From the NCBI GenBank assembly GCA_050239825.1, contig JBFXGO010000009.1, forward strand, positions 1 through 61,321: 61,321 nucleotides of DNA. The letters run 5' to 3'. Made by a program: the position numbers and the translations under genes. Shown here in pieces: positions 9,534 to 19,085 of this stretch. Below the pieces are notes generated by a model that worked only from the letters and a program-made list of their open reading frames with translations, was not told where the DNA came from and did not search any database. The stretch comes from a bacterium. GTDB taxonomy: Bacteria > Hydrothermota > 32-111. The stretch's first letter is position 1, and every line of letters begins with the position of its first letter.

Positions 9534-10403
9534 TTAAAACCTGTATCCCAAGTTGACACCCCCGAATAATCCTATTATGGATACCGAGTAATCCGCTGTT
9601 CTTGAGAATCTGTATGAAACATCAGGTTCTATGAATAGTCCTTTATAAGGATAATACCTATTCGACCACCCTATGCCGAATCCCCAAAAGTCACTGCCGT
9701 AATCCTTTGATGTGTTATCTTTGAATGAATAACCAAATAGTATCTTATTAATATTTATGCTCCAATCTGTAAACCTAAATCCCAAAGAATATCCGAAAAA
9801 ACCGTATATGTAATCATCACTAAAATCCGCCATAGCACCCAATCTTTCACCGCAGATTTGAATTCCGAAGCCTTTATTGAACCGATACTCATACTCAAGT
9901 GCTATTCGATTAAAGCCCTTAATATCCAAGTTTAAAATAGGTCCACCATTATCATATATGTAGGTAAGCGGAGTTATAATTCCAACGTTCCCATCTAGAG
10001 AGATAAATGATTTTGGATTCTCTATTGAAAAAAACGGCTTATTAAGAATAATATTTGCAATAAATCCTTCAAGCGTTACTAATCCTATCGGATAGGATAT
10101 GCAATACACACAATTATTGTTGTGTTCATCTGGTAGTTCGTTCAGATAGATTGAATATATATATGCGGCAGTTGGTATAAAATAAAAAGCACCGTATTTC
10201 AGACAAGTTGACTGCTTATTGCGTATCTTTTGGTCAGTATCTATTATTGTATCGTCTATCTCTTTATTTTCAAAGTTTGCTATTGTATCAGAGTTTTCCT
10301 GTGGGAATTCGAGAGAAGGAGCAGTATATACAGTATCTACATCTTCACAAAATATTGACACTGCTATTAAGAAGATAACCGCCAACCACACTCTTCTATC
10401 CAA
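9534..10403 (-). CDS. Hypothetical exported protein with C-terminal beta-barrel
   Basis: Signal peptide, amphipathic strands, terminal GVNLGYRF beta-signal and RBS AGGAG with a TTG start. Confidence 0.65.
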   Translation of the reverse strand: MDRRVWLAVIFLIAVSIFCEDVDTVYTAPSLEFPQENSDTIANFENKEIDDTIIDTDQKIRNKQSTCLKYGAFYFIPTAAYIYSIYLNELPDEHNNNCVYCISYPIGLVTLEGFIANIILNKPFFSIENPKSFISLDGNVGIITPLTYIYDNGGPILNLDIKGFNRIALEYEYRFNKGFGIQICGERLGAMADFSDDYIYGFFGYSLGFRFTDWSININKILFGYSFKDNTSKDYGSDFWGFGIGWSNRYYPYKGLFIEPDVSYRFSRTADYSVSIIGLFGGVNLGYRF

Positions 10404-10644
10404 AACATATCTCCTTCACTCCAAAGGTTGTATTATGATTATCACATTAATTTCTCTTTGTCAAGAGTTTTTTATTCTTTATTTTATCAAGCAAACTAAT
10501 TGAATTTTGCTTTATTCTTTACGAATCTACACCACACCCTTTCTGTCTGATCTATGCTGGTGCCTTACATGCATTGGTATGTTTCTTTTAAATTGAATGG
10601 AATTTCTTTTTGTTTGAATTCTTTTATCAGGCGAAAAAATCCTT

Positions 10645-10869
10645 TTAACAATCTCTCTGTTGAATCTCTTTTAGAGCACTTGAAATATATATGGATGGTC
10701 GCGCTTTGTATGCAGAAGAGAGTGCTTTCAAGCCATTCACCCTATATTCTTTTTTCCCAGTCAGAAGATACAGTTCCTTTAAAATGTATCCCCTCTTCTC
10801 ATCATCATTCTCATCTTCAAGCATTTTAAGCATCTTTTTTTCAGATTTTTTCAAAACTGCAGTGAGAAC
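10645..10869 (-). pseudogene. 3' remnant of a helical-repeat protein truncated at the IS256 edge
   Basis: The frame is open up to the IS boundary, has no RBS, and is helical and charged. Confidence 0.4.
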
Positions 10870-11226
10870 GGGAGTATAATAAAAGTTGTGTAAAAATATT
10901 AGGAGTGGAATATAATAAGATTAACTAGAAGGAGATATTGAACCGAATAATGTACCCTAATGCCAAAAGACAGTTGTGTTTGGTTCATCTCCTCAGAAAT
11001 GCAAGAAAAAACTTCTCCCTCGAACACATTCGACAGCAAAAGGGCGGCTTCTTCCAATCCGAAGACATCCTCTTCATTAATATTTATATCCGTTACCTGA
11101 ATAAAAAAACGGTTACCCTAAAATAATTGCTAAATTATATTACCTCCGCCAATCCTTCGTTAATCTCTTTGGAAAACTCCCCTATGAATACTAATCCCTC
11201 TTTACACAACTTCCTTGACAAGTCTC
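10870..11226 (+). mobile_element. Internally deleted IS256-family element (~357 bp)
   Basis: The ends share AAGTTGTGTAAA (10883-10894) and TTTACACAACTT (11201-11212), the right end finishing TTGACAAGTCTC. The internal ORF fuses IS256 motifs YPNAKRQLCLVHLLRN and GFFQSEDIL. Confidence 0.8.
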
Positions 11227-11230
11227 AGTC

Positions 11231-11545
11231 TCACACATCAGCATTGTTTAGCGCATACTCGTTTGATTTGCTCCTAAACAACAATTCCTTTGCTCAAGTG
11301 CTTGCTGTTATCCTCCATATCTCGCCGACTGTCCAATCATACTCTTTGCTTTCGCCTCCGACAATGCTCTGGTTCTACCAATACTGTGCTATACTCGCAT
11401 AAATCAATATACGGTCATTATCCTCCCAGCAGATACTGTTATTGCCTAAAGACCTCTCTATGTATTTTGTGCCATTTGTCAGTTCGCATCCGCTCTGAAT
11501 AAGCATTACAGAGATAAACAACAGAGCAAAACAAAAAGTTAATAG
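11231..11545 (-). pseudogene. Decayed lipoprotein gene
   Basis: One frame reads LLTFCFALLFISVMLIQSGC-ELTNGTKY...QYW*NQS...WRITAST*AKELLF, with a lipobox and in-frame stops at 11375-11377 and 11294-11296. Confidence 0.6.
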
Positions 11546-11583
11546 TTTTTGGTTGATAGTTGAGAGTTGGGAAAAAATAGAAG

Positions 11584-11706
11584 TACGTTTGTTAGCTGGT
11601 AGACTGGTATGCTTTGATAGATTCTTCAGGATAGAGGTAACTACTGCGGACTTCAGAATGTACTGAAGTTTTAGTACGCTGGTTAGCTTGTGTACTTGTA
11701 TGCTTG
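11584..11706. repeat. Two copies of a 4 x 8-bp degenerate tandem repeat
   Basis: TACGTTTG-TTAGCTGG-TAGACTGG-TATGCTTT (11584-11615) and TACGCTGG-TTAGCTTG-TGTACTTG-TATGCTTG (11675-11706). Confidence 0.7.
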
Positions 11707-11884
11707 TTATGATTGAATATATTCTTCATAATTACTCCTTTTTCACAGTTTGCGCCAGCCGAAATTATATTCATCATCAGCCCATTGCGCAGAGTTATTC
11801 ATTATGTATTCCCTAATTTTATCTAATGATGTGTCATTTTCGATTACATAATCATAGAAACCGGATTGCCATGCAAATGCTATG

Positions 11885-11907
11885 GAGACAAGGCAATGAC
11901 TTGTCTC
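11885..11907. repeat. REP-like palindrome or possible terminator
   Basis: GAGACAAG-GCAATGA-CTTGTCTC directly after the GT4 stop codon. Confidence 0.55.
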
Positions 11908-12947
11908 TAAGGTGAAATTCTATCAAAAACTTTGCGGATACGGCGCAGAGACTCGCTTTCATCGAGGAGCTGTTTCACACTCTCTCTTCCCCTCTCAGCA
12001 ATTTCCTTAATCTTACCGCTCTCTATCGCTAAGATTATGCTCTCTGTTATTTCCGCAGTATCATACCTGTCGAATCTCAATGAATTGGAGTCATCCGCAT
12101 AATCATCCATTCCATTGCCTTTCAAAATAACGGGTATTGCTCCGCACATCATCGCCTCTGCTACAGCTCTTGAAAACGATTCCTTTCTTCTGTTGAGAAG
12201 AACGATGAATCCCACCTCTTTTAAATATTCCTTCCTATCCTCGTATCCCAAATAAGAAACATTCTCCTCGCCCTTTCTCTTCACTACTGATCCGTATCCT
12301 TCAACTCCCGCTGCTATTAACTCCGCATCGGGAAACCTTTCCCTCACTTTTGCTAAGATTTCAAGAGCTCTGTCGAATCCTTTCTCGTAAGTCAGGTTGC
12401 CGACGAAAGCAAGCTTTTTATAATTTTTTTTCTTATGATTATATTCACATCCTTCAATAATGTTGTATATCACATCCGTGTTATACTCTCTTCCGTATAT
12501 GCTTTTAAGGTAATTAGAATTGAACACTACGAAATCACTGAGATTGTGAATAGCTTTCTTTAAAAACAAAATTATGAGATTTTCAGGCACATCTCTCTCG
12601 TATATTATCCATTTAATATTTTTGTTTTTAATTTTTTGCCCTAAACCGAAAATATGTGATTTGAATGTGTTTGTCAACATTATATCTGAATCCATTTCAG
12701 TATTCATTCCCTCCACTAATATTTTAACAAATGAATAAACTGCATATAAAGAATGTTTTTTACACAAAAGCAATCTTTTGTCTATTTTTATTTTTTGTAT
12801 CTTTTCTTCTGCCGTGAAAGATTTCGACTCACTGCTCGTGAACAGAGTAATGTTCTCGATGTCCTTCATTCTTTCAAAAAGCATTTCAATAGAGACCTCC
12901 GCTCCACCACGAATCAAAGAAAGGTCTATGAATGATATTTTCCTCAC
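11907..12947 (-). CDS. Glycosyltransferase family 4
   Basis: GGAE, FVGNLTYEKG and ESFSRAVAEAMMCG (Ex7E). Confidence 0.85.
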   Translation of the reverse strand: MRKISFIDLSLIRGGAEVSIEMLFERMKDIENITLFTSSESKSFTAEEKIQKIKIDKRLLLCKKHSLYAVYSFVKILVEGMNTEMDSDIMLTNTFKSHIFGLGQKIKNKNIKWIIYERDVPENLIILFLKKAIHNLSDFVVFNSNYLKSIYGREYNTDVIYNIIEGCEYNHKKKNYKKLAFVGNLTYEKGFDRALEILAKVRERFPDAELIAAGVEGYGSVVKRKGEENVSYLGYEDRKEYLKEVGFIVLLNRRKESFSRAVAEAMMCGAIPVILKGNGMDDYADDSNSLRFDRYDTAEITESIILAIESGKIKEIAERGRESVKQLLDESESLRRIRKVFDRISP

Positions 12948-14221
12948 ATTTTTGATAATATTGTTTCCTTTGTGAGATTGACTGCTTGTGTGCCTTCGCA
13001 GGATATATGTTCTCTTATAAAGGACTTAAAGTCAGATTTTTCCCTGTCCTGAGATGTGAATATTCTTATCTGCTTGATTATCTCTTTCAAAGAGGATGAA
13101 CTTAATGACACTTTTGAAAAGAATCCTATCTGGTCATTAAATCCAAGGTAATCATAAGATATTGCTGGAGTATATGAATACAGAGATTCCAAAAGAGCTG
13201 TTGATGTGAAACCAAGAACGCACTTTGACTCTGATATATTGTTTTTGATTGAGCCGCGTTTCCATTCAATAATCCTTCCATCGGTAAGTTTTTTAAGATA
13301 ATTTCTGTTATGATTCATTCTCAGATAGACTCTGAAATCCATATTCTCTCTGTTGAGATCTGATACAAGAGTTTCATAGGCAAATTTTCTCTCAGCTTCC
13401 TGAGAGAAAAACTGCTGGTCTATTATCAGCAGAGGGTTCTTTCTTTCTGCATTTTTCTCATTGAAACTCATTTTTGACGAGCCCGTGATGAAGACTCTTC
13501 CTTTTGATTTTGGAAAGAGATTCATATATTCAAAAGCATTTCTGCCCCAGCATAAGAAATAATCACCGTGAAGAGGAGCAAATGATTCGTTTGCAAATGG
13601 CACTCCGCTGTTATTCGTCTTCAATGTAATGCCATGCTGAATGACAAATGATTTAATGTTAAACTCGGATGCGATGTCTGCAAGCGCATATTTATATTTG
13701 GTTCTGTCCTCGTCAAGCAACACAAATGCTGGCTTTGACTTTTTGAAGAGTCTGCCGACTTCTTTTTTGAATCTGTTCAAATCAGATATATTATCAGCCG
13801 TAATTTTTTCTATTTCATTCTTAACAGATTTATCATAGTCTCCTTTTATAATTATTTTTGTCTTCTGGTATGTTTGCGGAAAGACAATTTCATTCTCTGT
13901 CACATATCCTATTTTCTGCCTTGTAAGCTTTATTTTGAATGAAACCAGTCCTTCTGACTCAATCTTTTCGATGATTTTTCTGTCAATGTCTCCAAAATAT
14001 ATGAAATACCTCTTTTTAGGCATTGATATCCGCGCAAAAATGGATTTATTTTCTCTCTTGGATAAATACTGCGAATTTGAATTGAAGTGAGAAAATATCG
14101 CCCAATTAAAAGAATATTCCAATTCCTTCAAATCAGGATTTTCTGTAATTATATTCTTCGTTATTTTCAAAGTTTTAAAATAGTTTTGTTTTTCTTTCTC
14201 TCTCAATTCATCTCTGTTCAT
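12944..14221 (-). CDS. Surface polysaccharide biosynthesis protein (GT-B fold)
   Basis: FVIQHG, LCWG, ITGS and STALLES motifs typical of sialyl/CDP-glycerol transferase-like proteins; ATGA overlap with GT4. Confidence 0.55.
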   Translation of the reverse strand: MNRDELREKEKQNYFKTLKITKNIITENPDLKELEYSFNWAIFSHFNSNSQYLSKRENKSIFARISMPKKRYFIYFGDIDRKIIEKIESEGLVSFKIKLTRQKIGYVTENEIVFPQTYQKTKIIIKGDYDKSVKNEIEKITADNISDLNRFKKEVGRLFKKSKPAFVLLDEDRTKYKYALADIASEFNIKSFVIQHGITLKTNNSGVPFANESFAPLHGDYFLCWGRNAFEYMNLFPKSKGRVFITGSSKMSFNEKNAERKNPLLIIDQQFFSQEAERKFAYETLVSDLNRENMDFRVYLRMNHNRNYLKKLTDGRIIEWKRGSIKNNISESKCVLGFTSTALLESLYSYTPAISYDYLGFNDQIGFFSKVSLSSSSLKEIIKQIRIFTSQDREKSDFKSFIREHISCEGTQAVNLTKETILSKM

Positions 14222-14351
14222 TTTTCTCCTTCATTTCACTAAACTATACCTTAAATATTATATCTATTGTGTTCAATGTCAACATACTTGTGAAACTGTC
14301 ATTTTTTGATCATTTGATGATAATTCGCTTTTTAGAACAGAATAATCTAAA

Positions 14352-14409
14352 AAAGTATAAAGTAAACATCGTCCCTGAGAAAAAAAACTATAAACCATAC
14401 CCCGTCCCC
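14352..14409. repeat. Two tandem RAYT-like end motifs
   Basis: AAAGTAT-AAAGTAA-ACATCGTCCC (14352-14375) and AAACTAT-AAACCAT-ACCCCGTCCCC (14385-14409). Confidence 0.5.
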
Positions 14410-14422
14410 AGTGTTAAGTTCA

Positions 14423-14453
14423 ATAAAGAAGGGGGCTTGAAGCCCCCTCTTAT
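14423..14453 (-). terminator. Probable intrinsic terminator downstream of wzy
   Basis: AGGGGGCT-TGA-AGCCCCCT hairpin with T-rich flanks. Confidence 0.65.
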
Positions 14454-14566
14454 TTGATTTTACCAGTTTACTATTCCGTCTTTCTGAACCATTCTCATCA
14501 ATCTTCTCGCGTGAAAAATCTTTCAGTATTTTGACAAGTGATGTTGGACTAGTGATTGTCTTAATT

Positions 14567-14591
14567 TGTCAAGATGTCAAGCACCTGTCCC
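14567..14591. repeat. RAYT-like end motif TGTCAAGATGTCAAGCACCTGTCCC
   Basis: Inverted near-copy of 7620-7645. Confidence 0.7.
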
Positions 14592-14632
14592 TATAAGAAG
14601 TATCGGATAATACAGGGCTTCGGGACTATCAT

Positions 14633-15955
14633 TTACTTGAATTTAATTAAGGATGCGGCTATCACTACGCTGATAAAATGCATTGTCAGACCATTCATAA
14701 GAAGAATGGTCAATAGTGAAAACAGTATGATATAGTGCGACTCATTGGTTTTGTTTGTGAATAATTTTGCCAAAGAGAAAATGTAAACAAAACAAAGGTA
14801 AAGAAGAGTGATAATCCCGCCGGATAGAGAGAGCTTTGCAAATGACGATTCAATAGGATGCTCCTGTTTTTGATTCAGAAGAACTGATTCAGAGTGAGTC
14901 ATGCCTTTTCCAAAAGGATGTTTTTTAATCTCTTCTGTGATAAATCTCATTGATTCAATTCTTTTACCTGCAGAGTAAGTGTTAAACCCGCTCTTTAGAG
15001 GTTCAACAGTGTGTTTGAAAATCACAGTCATCCTGCTGTCCTTTTTATATACTGTTGTGTCAATTTGAATAAATTGAAGTGAGATAATAAGAATAATGAA
15101 GAGTATTGAAATTACAGCAAAGACCTTGTATCTTCCGCACTTCAATATGTATAACATTCCCAAAATAATTAAAATGAACATTGCCGTTCTCGCTGATAAA
15201 AAGAGAAGCGAGGCAAATGACAGCACTGCAATTGTTTTCATGTAAACTCCCCTGCCGGAAAACCCTGCTATGCCTGCCAATGCGAGAAATACTGACAGCT
15301 CCTCAACTGAAGAGAATGTTGAAAATGGTCTGTAATGAGAACCGAGCTTCAATGAAGTGTAAATATACGAACCCACAGAATCGAAGTAGTACCTGTCAAA
15401 GTAAAAGTATTTCCCCGCAATCTGCAGAATGAATATTCCGAGAATAAAAGGAAAAGCGATTTTAATTGTTCTTGATAAATCCTCATATTCAAACCGTTTT
15501 GTCAGGATAAGAAGAACAGGAGTGAAATATACATTGAAGGATACCATTGACGACAGAGGATCCCTTATTGAGAATGCGAAGGAAATGTACAATGCCAAAA
15601 CACAATATATGCCTAAGAAGATTTTTATAGGCAATGATAGAAGATTGAAATTTTCAATGAGACTGTCAATGAAAAGAAGAACAATGAAGAACGGTATTAT
15701 GAACAGGAGAGAATAAAGGAGACCGCCTGTATAAAAGAACATGATTCTGTAAACCAGTCCGTAAATTGACAGAAATAGGAGCATTGGAACAATGCTATCG
15801 GTTATAAGCATCAAAATGAAAATGGAAAGCAGAATAACAGAGAAGAAAAGAAAAGCCCAGTTCGATTCCCTGATTCCCAACATTGCCGTTAATATGAAAA
15901 ACAATAGAAGAATCGCAATTTTGTAAGTCAGGTTACGGCTTTTTAAGATATTCAA
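14633..15955 (-). CDS. Wzy/O-antigen ligase-like polytopic membrane protein
   Basis: More than 10 TM segments, RPFSTFS, SARTA and HPFGKG...HPIES; glycan-cluster context. Confidence 0.7.
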   Translation of the reverse strand: MNILKSRNLTYKIAILLLFFILTAMLGIRESNWAFLFFSVILLSIFILMLITDSIVPMLLFLSIYGLVYRIMFFYTGGLLYSLLFIIPFFIVLLFIDSLIENFNLLSLPIKIFLGIYCVLALYISFAFSIRDPLSSMVSFNVYFTPVLLILTKRFEYEDLSRTIKIAFPFILGIFILQIAGKYFYFDRYYFDSVGSYIYTSLKLGSHYRPFSTFSSVEELSVFLALAGIAGFSGRGVYMKTIAVLSFASLLFLSARTAMFILIILGMLYILKCGRYKVFAVISILFIILIISLQFIQIDTTVYKKDSRMTVIFKHTVEPLKSGFNTYSAGKRIESMRFITEEIKKHPFGKGMTHSESVLLNQKQEHPIESSFAKLSLSGGIITLLYLCFVYIFSLAKLFTNKTNESHYIILFSLLTILLMNGLTMHFISVVIAASLIKFK

Positions 15956-16811
15956 TCCCGCCTCCCATTCTGTTCAATGTAATAATTTTCTTCATTGATA
16001 GAAAAGAGTAGATCCAAAAATATACGAATTTGGCGCAGATTCCGCCGTAATGTTTTTTGAGAAAATGCATCATTGATGTAAATGAATATTTCAGGGATTC
16101 TTCTCCGGATGTAAGAGTGTGTTTGTGATACGCTTTTAATGATGCATCATAGAATATTCTATTTTTCTTTTTCAAAAGTCTTATGAATAGGTCAGTCTCC
16201 TCGTATGTGAGAAAGTATTCTTCGTCAAAACCTCCCACTCTGTTGAAATCCTCTCTGTTTATAAGCATTATAGAACCATTGACACCCATTACTTCTCTTG
16301 AAGCGATTGAAGAATGCATGGTCTCCCCTGCGCCGCAGTAACCGTTCCCCTTTGAAAAAAGCGAAAAAATAAATGGAAGAGGGGAAAAATGGTAGAGAAT
16401 TACCAGCGGATTATATGCGACTTTTTGTATTCCGCTTCTGTTTGTCGCTCCTGATATTACTCTGAATCCTATAAGGGAATATCTGTTTTTTCTGTATAAC
16501 TCGAGCCGCTTTTTCAAACCTGATAAAAATGCATCAGAGATTTTGATGTCGTCATTCACAAGAAGTATATAGTCCTCGGTTGATTCTTCAACTCCCCTGT
16601 TTAAAGCATATCCGTATCCTTTATTGGAGCAATTCTTTATATACTTTGCATTCTTGATATTTTCTACGTATTCTTTATTCTCGCCATTGTCAACCACAGT
16701 CAGCAGAATACCGGATTTCTCAATTTCCATGCGGTTTCTGTCATTAAATTCCGCGGCATTCTCCTTTGAAAAGAATACAGTAATTATTCTCAGCGAAGAT
16801 GTTCTTTCCAT
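15933..16811 (-). CDS. Glycosyltransferase family 2 (rhamnosyltransferase-like)
   Basis: VVDNG, NKGYGYALNRG, LVNDD and GGFDEEYFLTYEETDL. Confidence 0.9.
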   Translation of the reverse strand: MERTSSLRIITVFFSKENAAEFNDRNRMEIEKSGILLTVVDNGENKEYVENIKNAKYIKNCSNKGYGYALNRGVEESTEDYILLVNDDIKISDAFLSGLKKRLELYRKNRYSLIGFRVISGATNRSGIQKVAYNPLVILYHFSPLPFIFSLFSKGNGYCGAGETMHSSIASREVMGVNGSIMLINREDFNRVGGFDEEYFLTYEETDLFIRLLKKKNRIFYDASLKAYHKHTLTSGEESLKYSFTSMMHFLKKHYGGICAKFVYFWIYSFLSMKKIITLNRMGGGIEYLKKP

Positions 16812-18142
16812 AATATAAAATTCCTATAATAGATTGCCATGTAAATAACAAATGCGATTATTGAGGCGGTAAAGAGCGCAGTATTATCAGCTGATACGGC
16901 TATAAACATAGCTGTTCCCGCAATTATTGACACTATTGAAAACTGTGTGATTGTTTTCACCTTCAAAGTTATTTTGAAATATACAGCAGAAACAAGAAAA
17001 TATAATGTTCTTATCAGAAGAATGAAGATCGAAAAATACACCAGATTTCTTTTGTCTCCGAAAACAAAATACAGTAGAGTTCCTGCGACAGTTATTATTG
17101 CTCCAATTGTCTGCACTGGAAAATATTCATACATTTTCTTGGAAGAGAGGTATTTTGAAAACATCATATTATAATATACCTGAAAGAGAGATGTTACAGA
17201 GAGAATTGATGCTATTTTTACAGATTGTGTGTATTTTTCAAGAAAGAGAGGCACGAAAAAGCGCATCAGAAGAAGGGTCGTGAAAATCAGGGCTATCATT
17301 ATGTATAAAATGCTCTGTGAAGTCTCTACAAGTTTCTCTTCTGAATATCCCTTACCATTCTTTACCATTTGAGGAGTGAGATACTGAGTCACTGAAGAAG
17401 AGAGCATATCAAATATTGATACAAAGAATATGCCCACCGAATATACTGCAAAGACATCCTTTGCGGCGGCAAATGAGAGAGCTATCCTTTCAAAACTTGA
17501 GAGTATCATGCCGTAGAGGCCATTAAGATATATCATCCAGCCGCCTGCGAAGAGTTCGTAAACGCTTCTTAAAGAGAATGTGAATCTGATAGTGTCCTTC
17601 AACAAAAAGAGCCCGAATACAAAAGAGAGAATGCTTGATAAGGCAAGCGCCCACATTGTTCCATCAAGCTTCCAGGGAATTGAAAAACCTATTATCAGAA
17701 CTGCCTGCGAAACAGAGAAGAAGAGTGTAAGAAGAGAGAGTTTTTCAAATCTCTGCAAAGCCCGAAGAGAGAATGCCAAGACCTCCCTTAAAGATGAAAA
17801 AAGAAGCACTAATCCGACAAAAAACCATTCAGAGCGATTCGTCTTAAAGTATATTATCAAAAAGATTAAAAAGGCAAAGAAAAAGAGAAAGAGAGAGAAG
17901 AAAAATGCCGAACTGGCATAATTTCTCCCTTCATCCTTCTTTGAAAGAGGAAGCTTGTAAATCAATCCATTTATTACTCCGGGATTTAAAAGGAGCATAT
18001 ATGAGACTATAATTTTTACCTGTGAAAACGAACCCATATCAGTAACTGAGAGCACCTTCGCTGTGAACAAACCCTGCACCAAAGCGGAAAAGAGACCTAT
18101 GTAATTGGAAAATGTAAATAAGGTTATTTTCTTAAAACTCAT
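16790..18142 (-). CDS. Wzx-type oligosaccharide flippase
   Basis: About 12-14 TM segments with a MATE-like pattern, in a glycan cluster. Confidence 0.78.
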   Translation of the reverse strand: MSFKKITLFTFSNYIGLFSALVQGLFTAKVLSVTDMGSFSQVKIIVSYMLLLNPGVINGLIYKLPLSKKDEGRNYASSAFFFSLFLFFFAFLIFLIIYFKTNRSEWFFVGLVLLFSSLREVLAFSLRALQRFEKLSLLTLFFSVSQAVLIIGFSIPWKLDGTMWALALSSILSFVFGLFLLKDTIRFTFSLRSVYELFAGGWMIYLNGLYGMILSSFERIALSFAAAKDVFAVYSVGIFFVSIFDMLSSSVTQYLTPQMVKNGKGYSEEKLVETSQSILYIMIALIFTTLLLMRFFVPLFLEKYTQSVKIASILSVTSLFQVYYNMMFSKYLSSKKMYEYFPVQTIGAIITVAGTLLYFVFGDKRNLVYFSIFILLIRTLYFLVSAVYFKITLKVKTITQFSIVSIIAGTAMFIAVSADNTALFTASIIAFVIYMAIYYRNFILWKEHLR

Positions 18143-19084
18143 TCACAGGAGTTCGGATCCGCATTTTTCACAATTGAACAAATCTGACTTGTTAACATAC
18201 CCGCATTTGGGGCATGTCAAACCTTCAATGTTGCCGGGCACCTGCTCCGAAGAGAGTGTTCCAAGAGGCTCCATCTGATTATCAAGCATTTTTGCAAATT
18301 CGGAAAGGTCTTCATCCTTCTCTCCCTTTGCGGCTTCAAGAGGATTCTCATTTATCAGCTTGTCTTCTTTCTTGACATCCTCGCCGAGAGAGAATGATTC
18401 ATCCTTAAGAATGTCGACTGAAATGATATTGTCTATCGAAGATTCTTTTATTTCGGGTATCTTCTCTTCAATGGTTATCTCTTTGAAATTATTCGAATCA
18501 CTCTCTGCCGGAGGTACTTTGGCGGTATCGGGAATAATTGAATCAAAAGACTGCAGTTCAACCGGTAGAGTTTCATCAATAACAGAAGAAACTTCAGCAT
18601 GCTCCTCAGCATCAAGAATCTCTTTTGCTTCTTCAGTTGGCGGCTGAGAGACAGTTTTCTCTTTCTCTTCGCTTTCCGCAGTTTTTTCTTCTGTCAGCTG
18701 TTCGAAAGAGCGGCGCTTCTCACGTAGCTCCTGAACTTTTGTTTTTGTATCCTCTATTTCACCCTCCAACAGGGACTTTCTCTGCAGATGCTCCTCTTCG
18801 GAAAATTCATTGAGCGTGAATCTGACATTCAGCTCCTCTCTATTAATCTCTAAATCTTCCAGTTTTGAAAGAATCTTGTTCTCTTCACTCTTCATTCTCT
18901 TGATTTCTTCAAGCAGATATCCCTTCTCTTTTTCAAGTTTCTTAAGTATCTCTTCTATCTGCTGTTCATATTCCGTTTTTATTTTCAAATAGACGGCCTC
19001 TCTTATCTGAGGTTTCATAATCTCAAGCTTCTTAAGCTTTTCGATTATACTTTTCTTCATTTCAATAAGTCTCCCTGCTTCCAT
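18143..19084 (-). CDS. Coiled-coil protein with acidic linker and C-terminal zinc ribbon
   Basis: Heptad-rich N-terminus and CPKC...CEKC; start set at ATG 19084 after GAAAGGGGG. Confidence 0.7.
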   Translation of the reverse strand: MEAGRLIEMKKSIIEKLKKLEIMKPQIREAVYLKIKTEYEQQIEEILKKLEKEKGYLLEEIKRMKSEENKILSKLEDLEINREELNVRFTLNEFSEEEHLQRKSLLEGEIEDTKTKVQELREKRRSFEQLTEEKTAESEEKEKTVSQPPTEEAKEILDAEEHAEVSSVIDETLPVELQSFDSIIPDTAKVPPAESDSNNFKEITIEEKIPEIKESSIDNIISVDILKDESFSLGEDVKKEDKLINENPLEAAKGEKDEDLSEFAKMLDNQMEPLGTLSSEQVPGNIEGLTCPKCGYVNKSDLFNCEKCGSELL

Positions 19085-19085
19085 A

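Noticed and set aside
11231..11545. In-frame TGA/TAG as a sign of genetic-code reassignment
   Set aside because: TGA and TAG end many intact genes here, so this is ordinary pseudogene decay.
11584..11706. Possible mini-CRISPR
   Set aside because: There are only two divergent copies, with internal 8-bp periodicity, a 59-bp gap and no cas genes.
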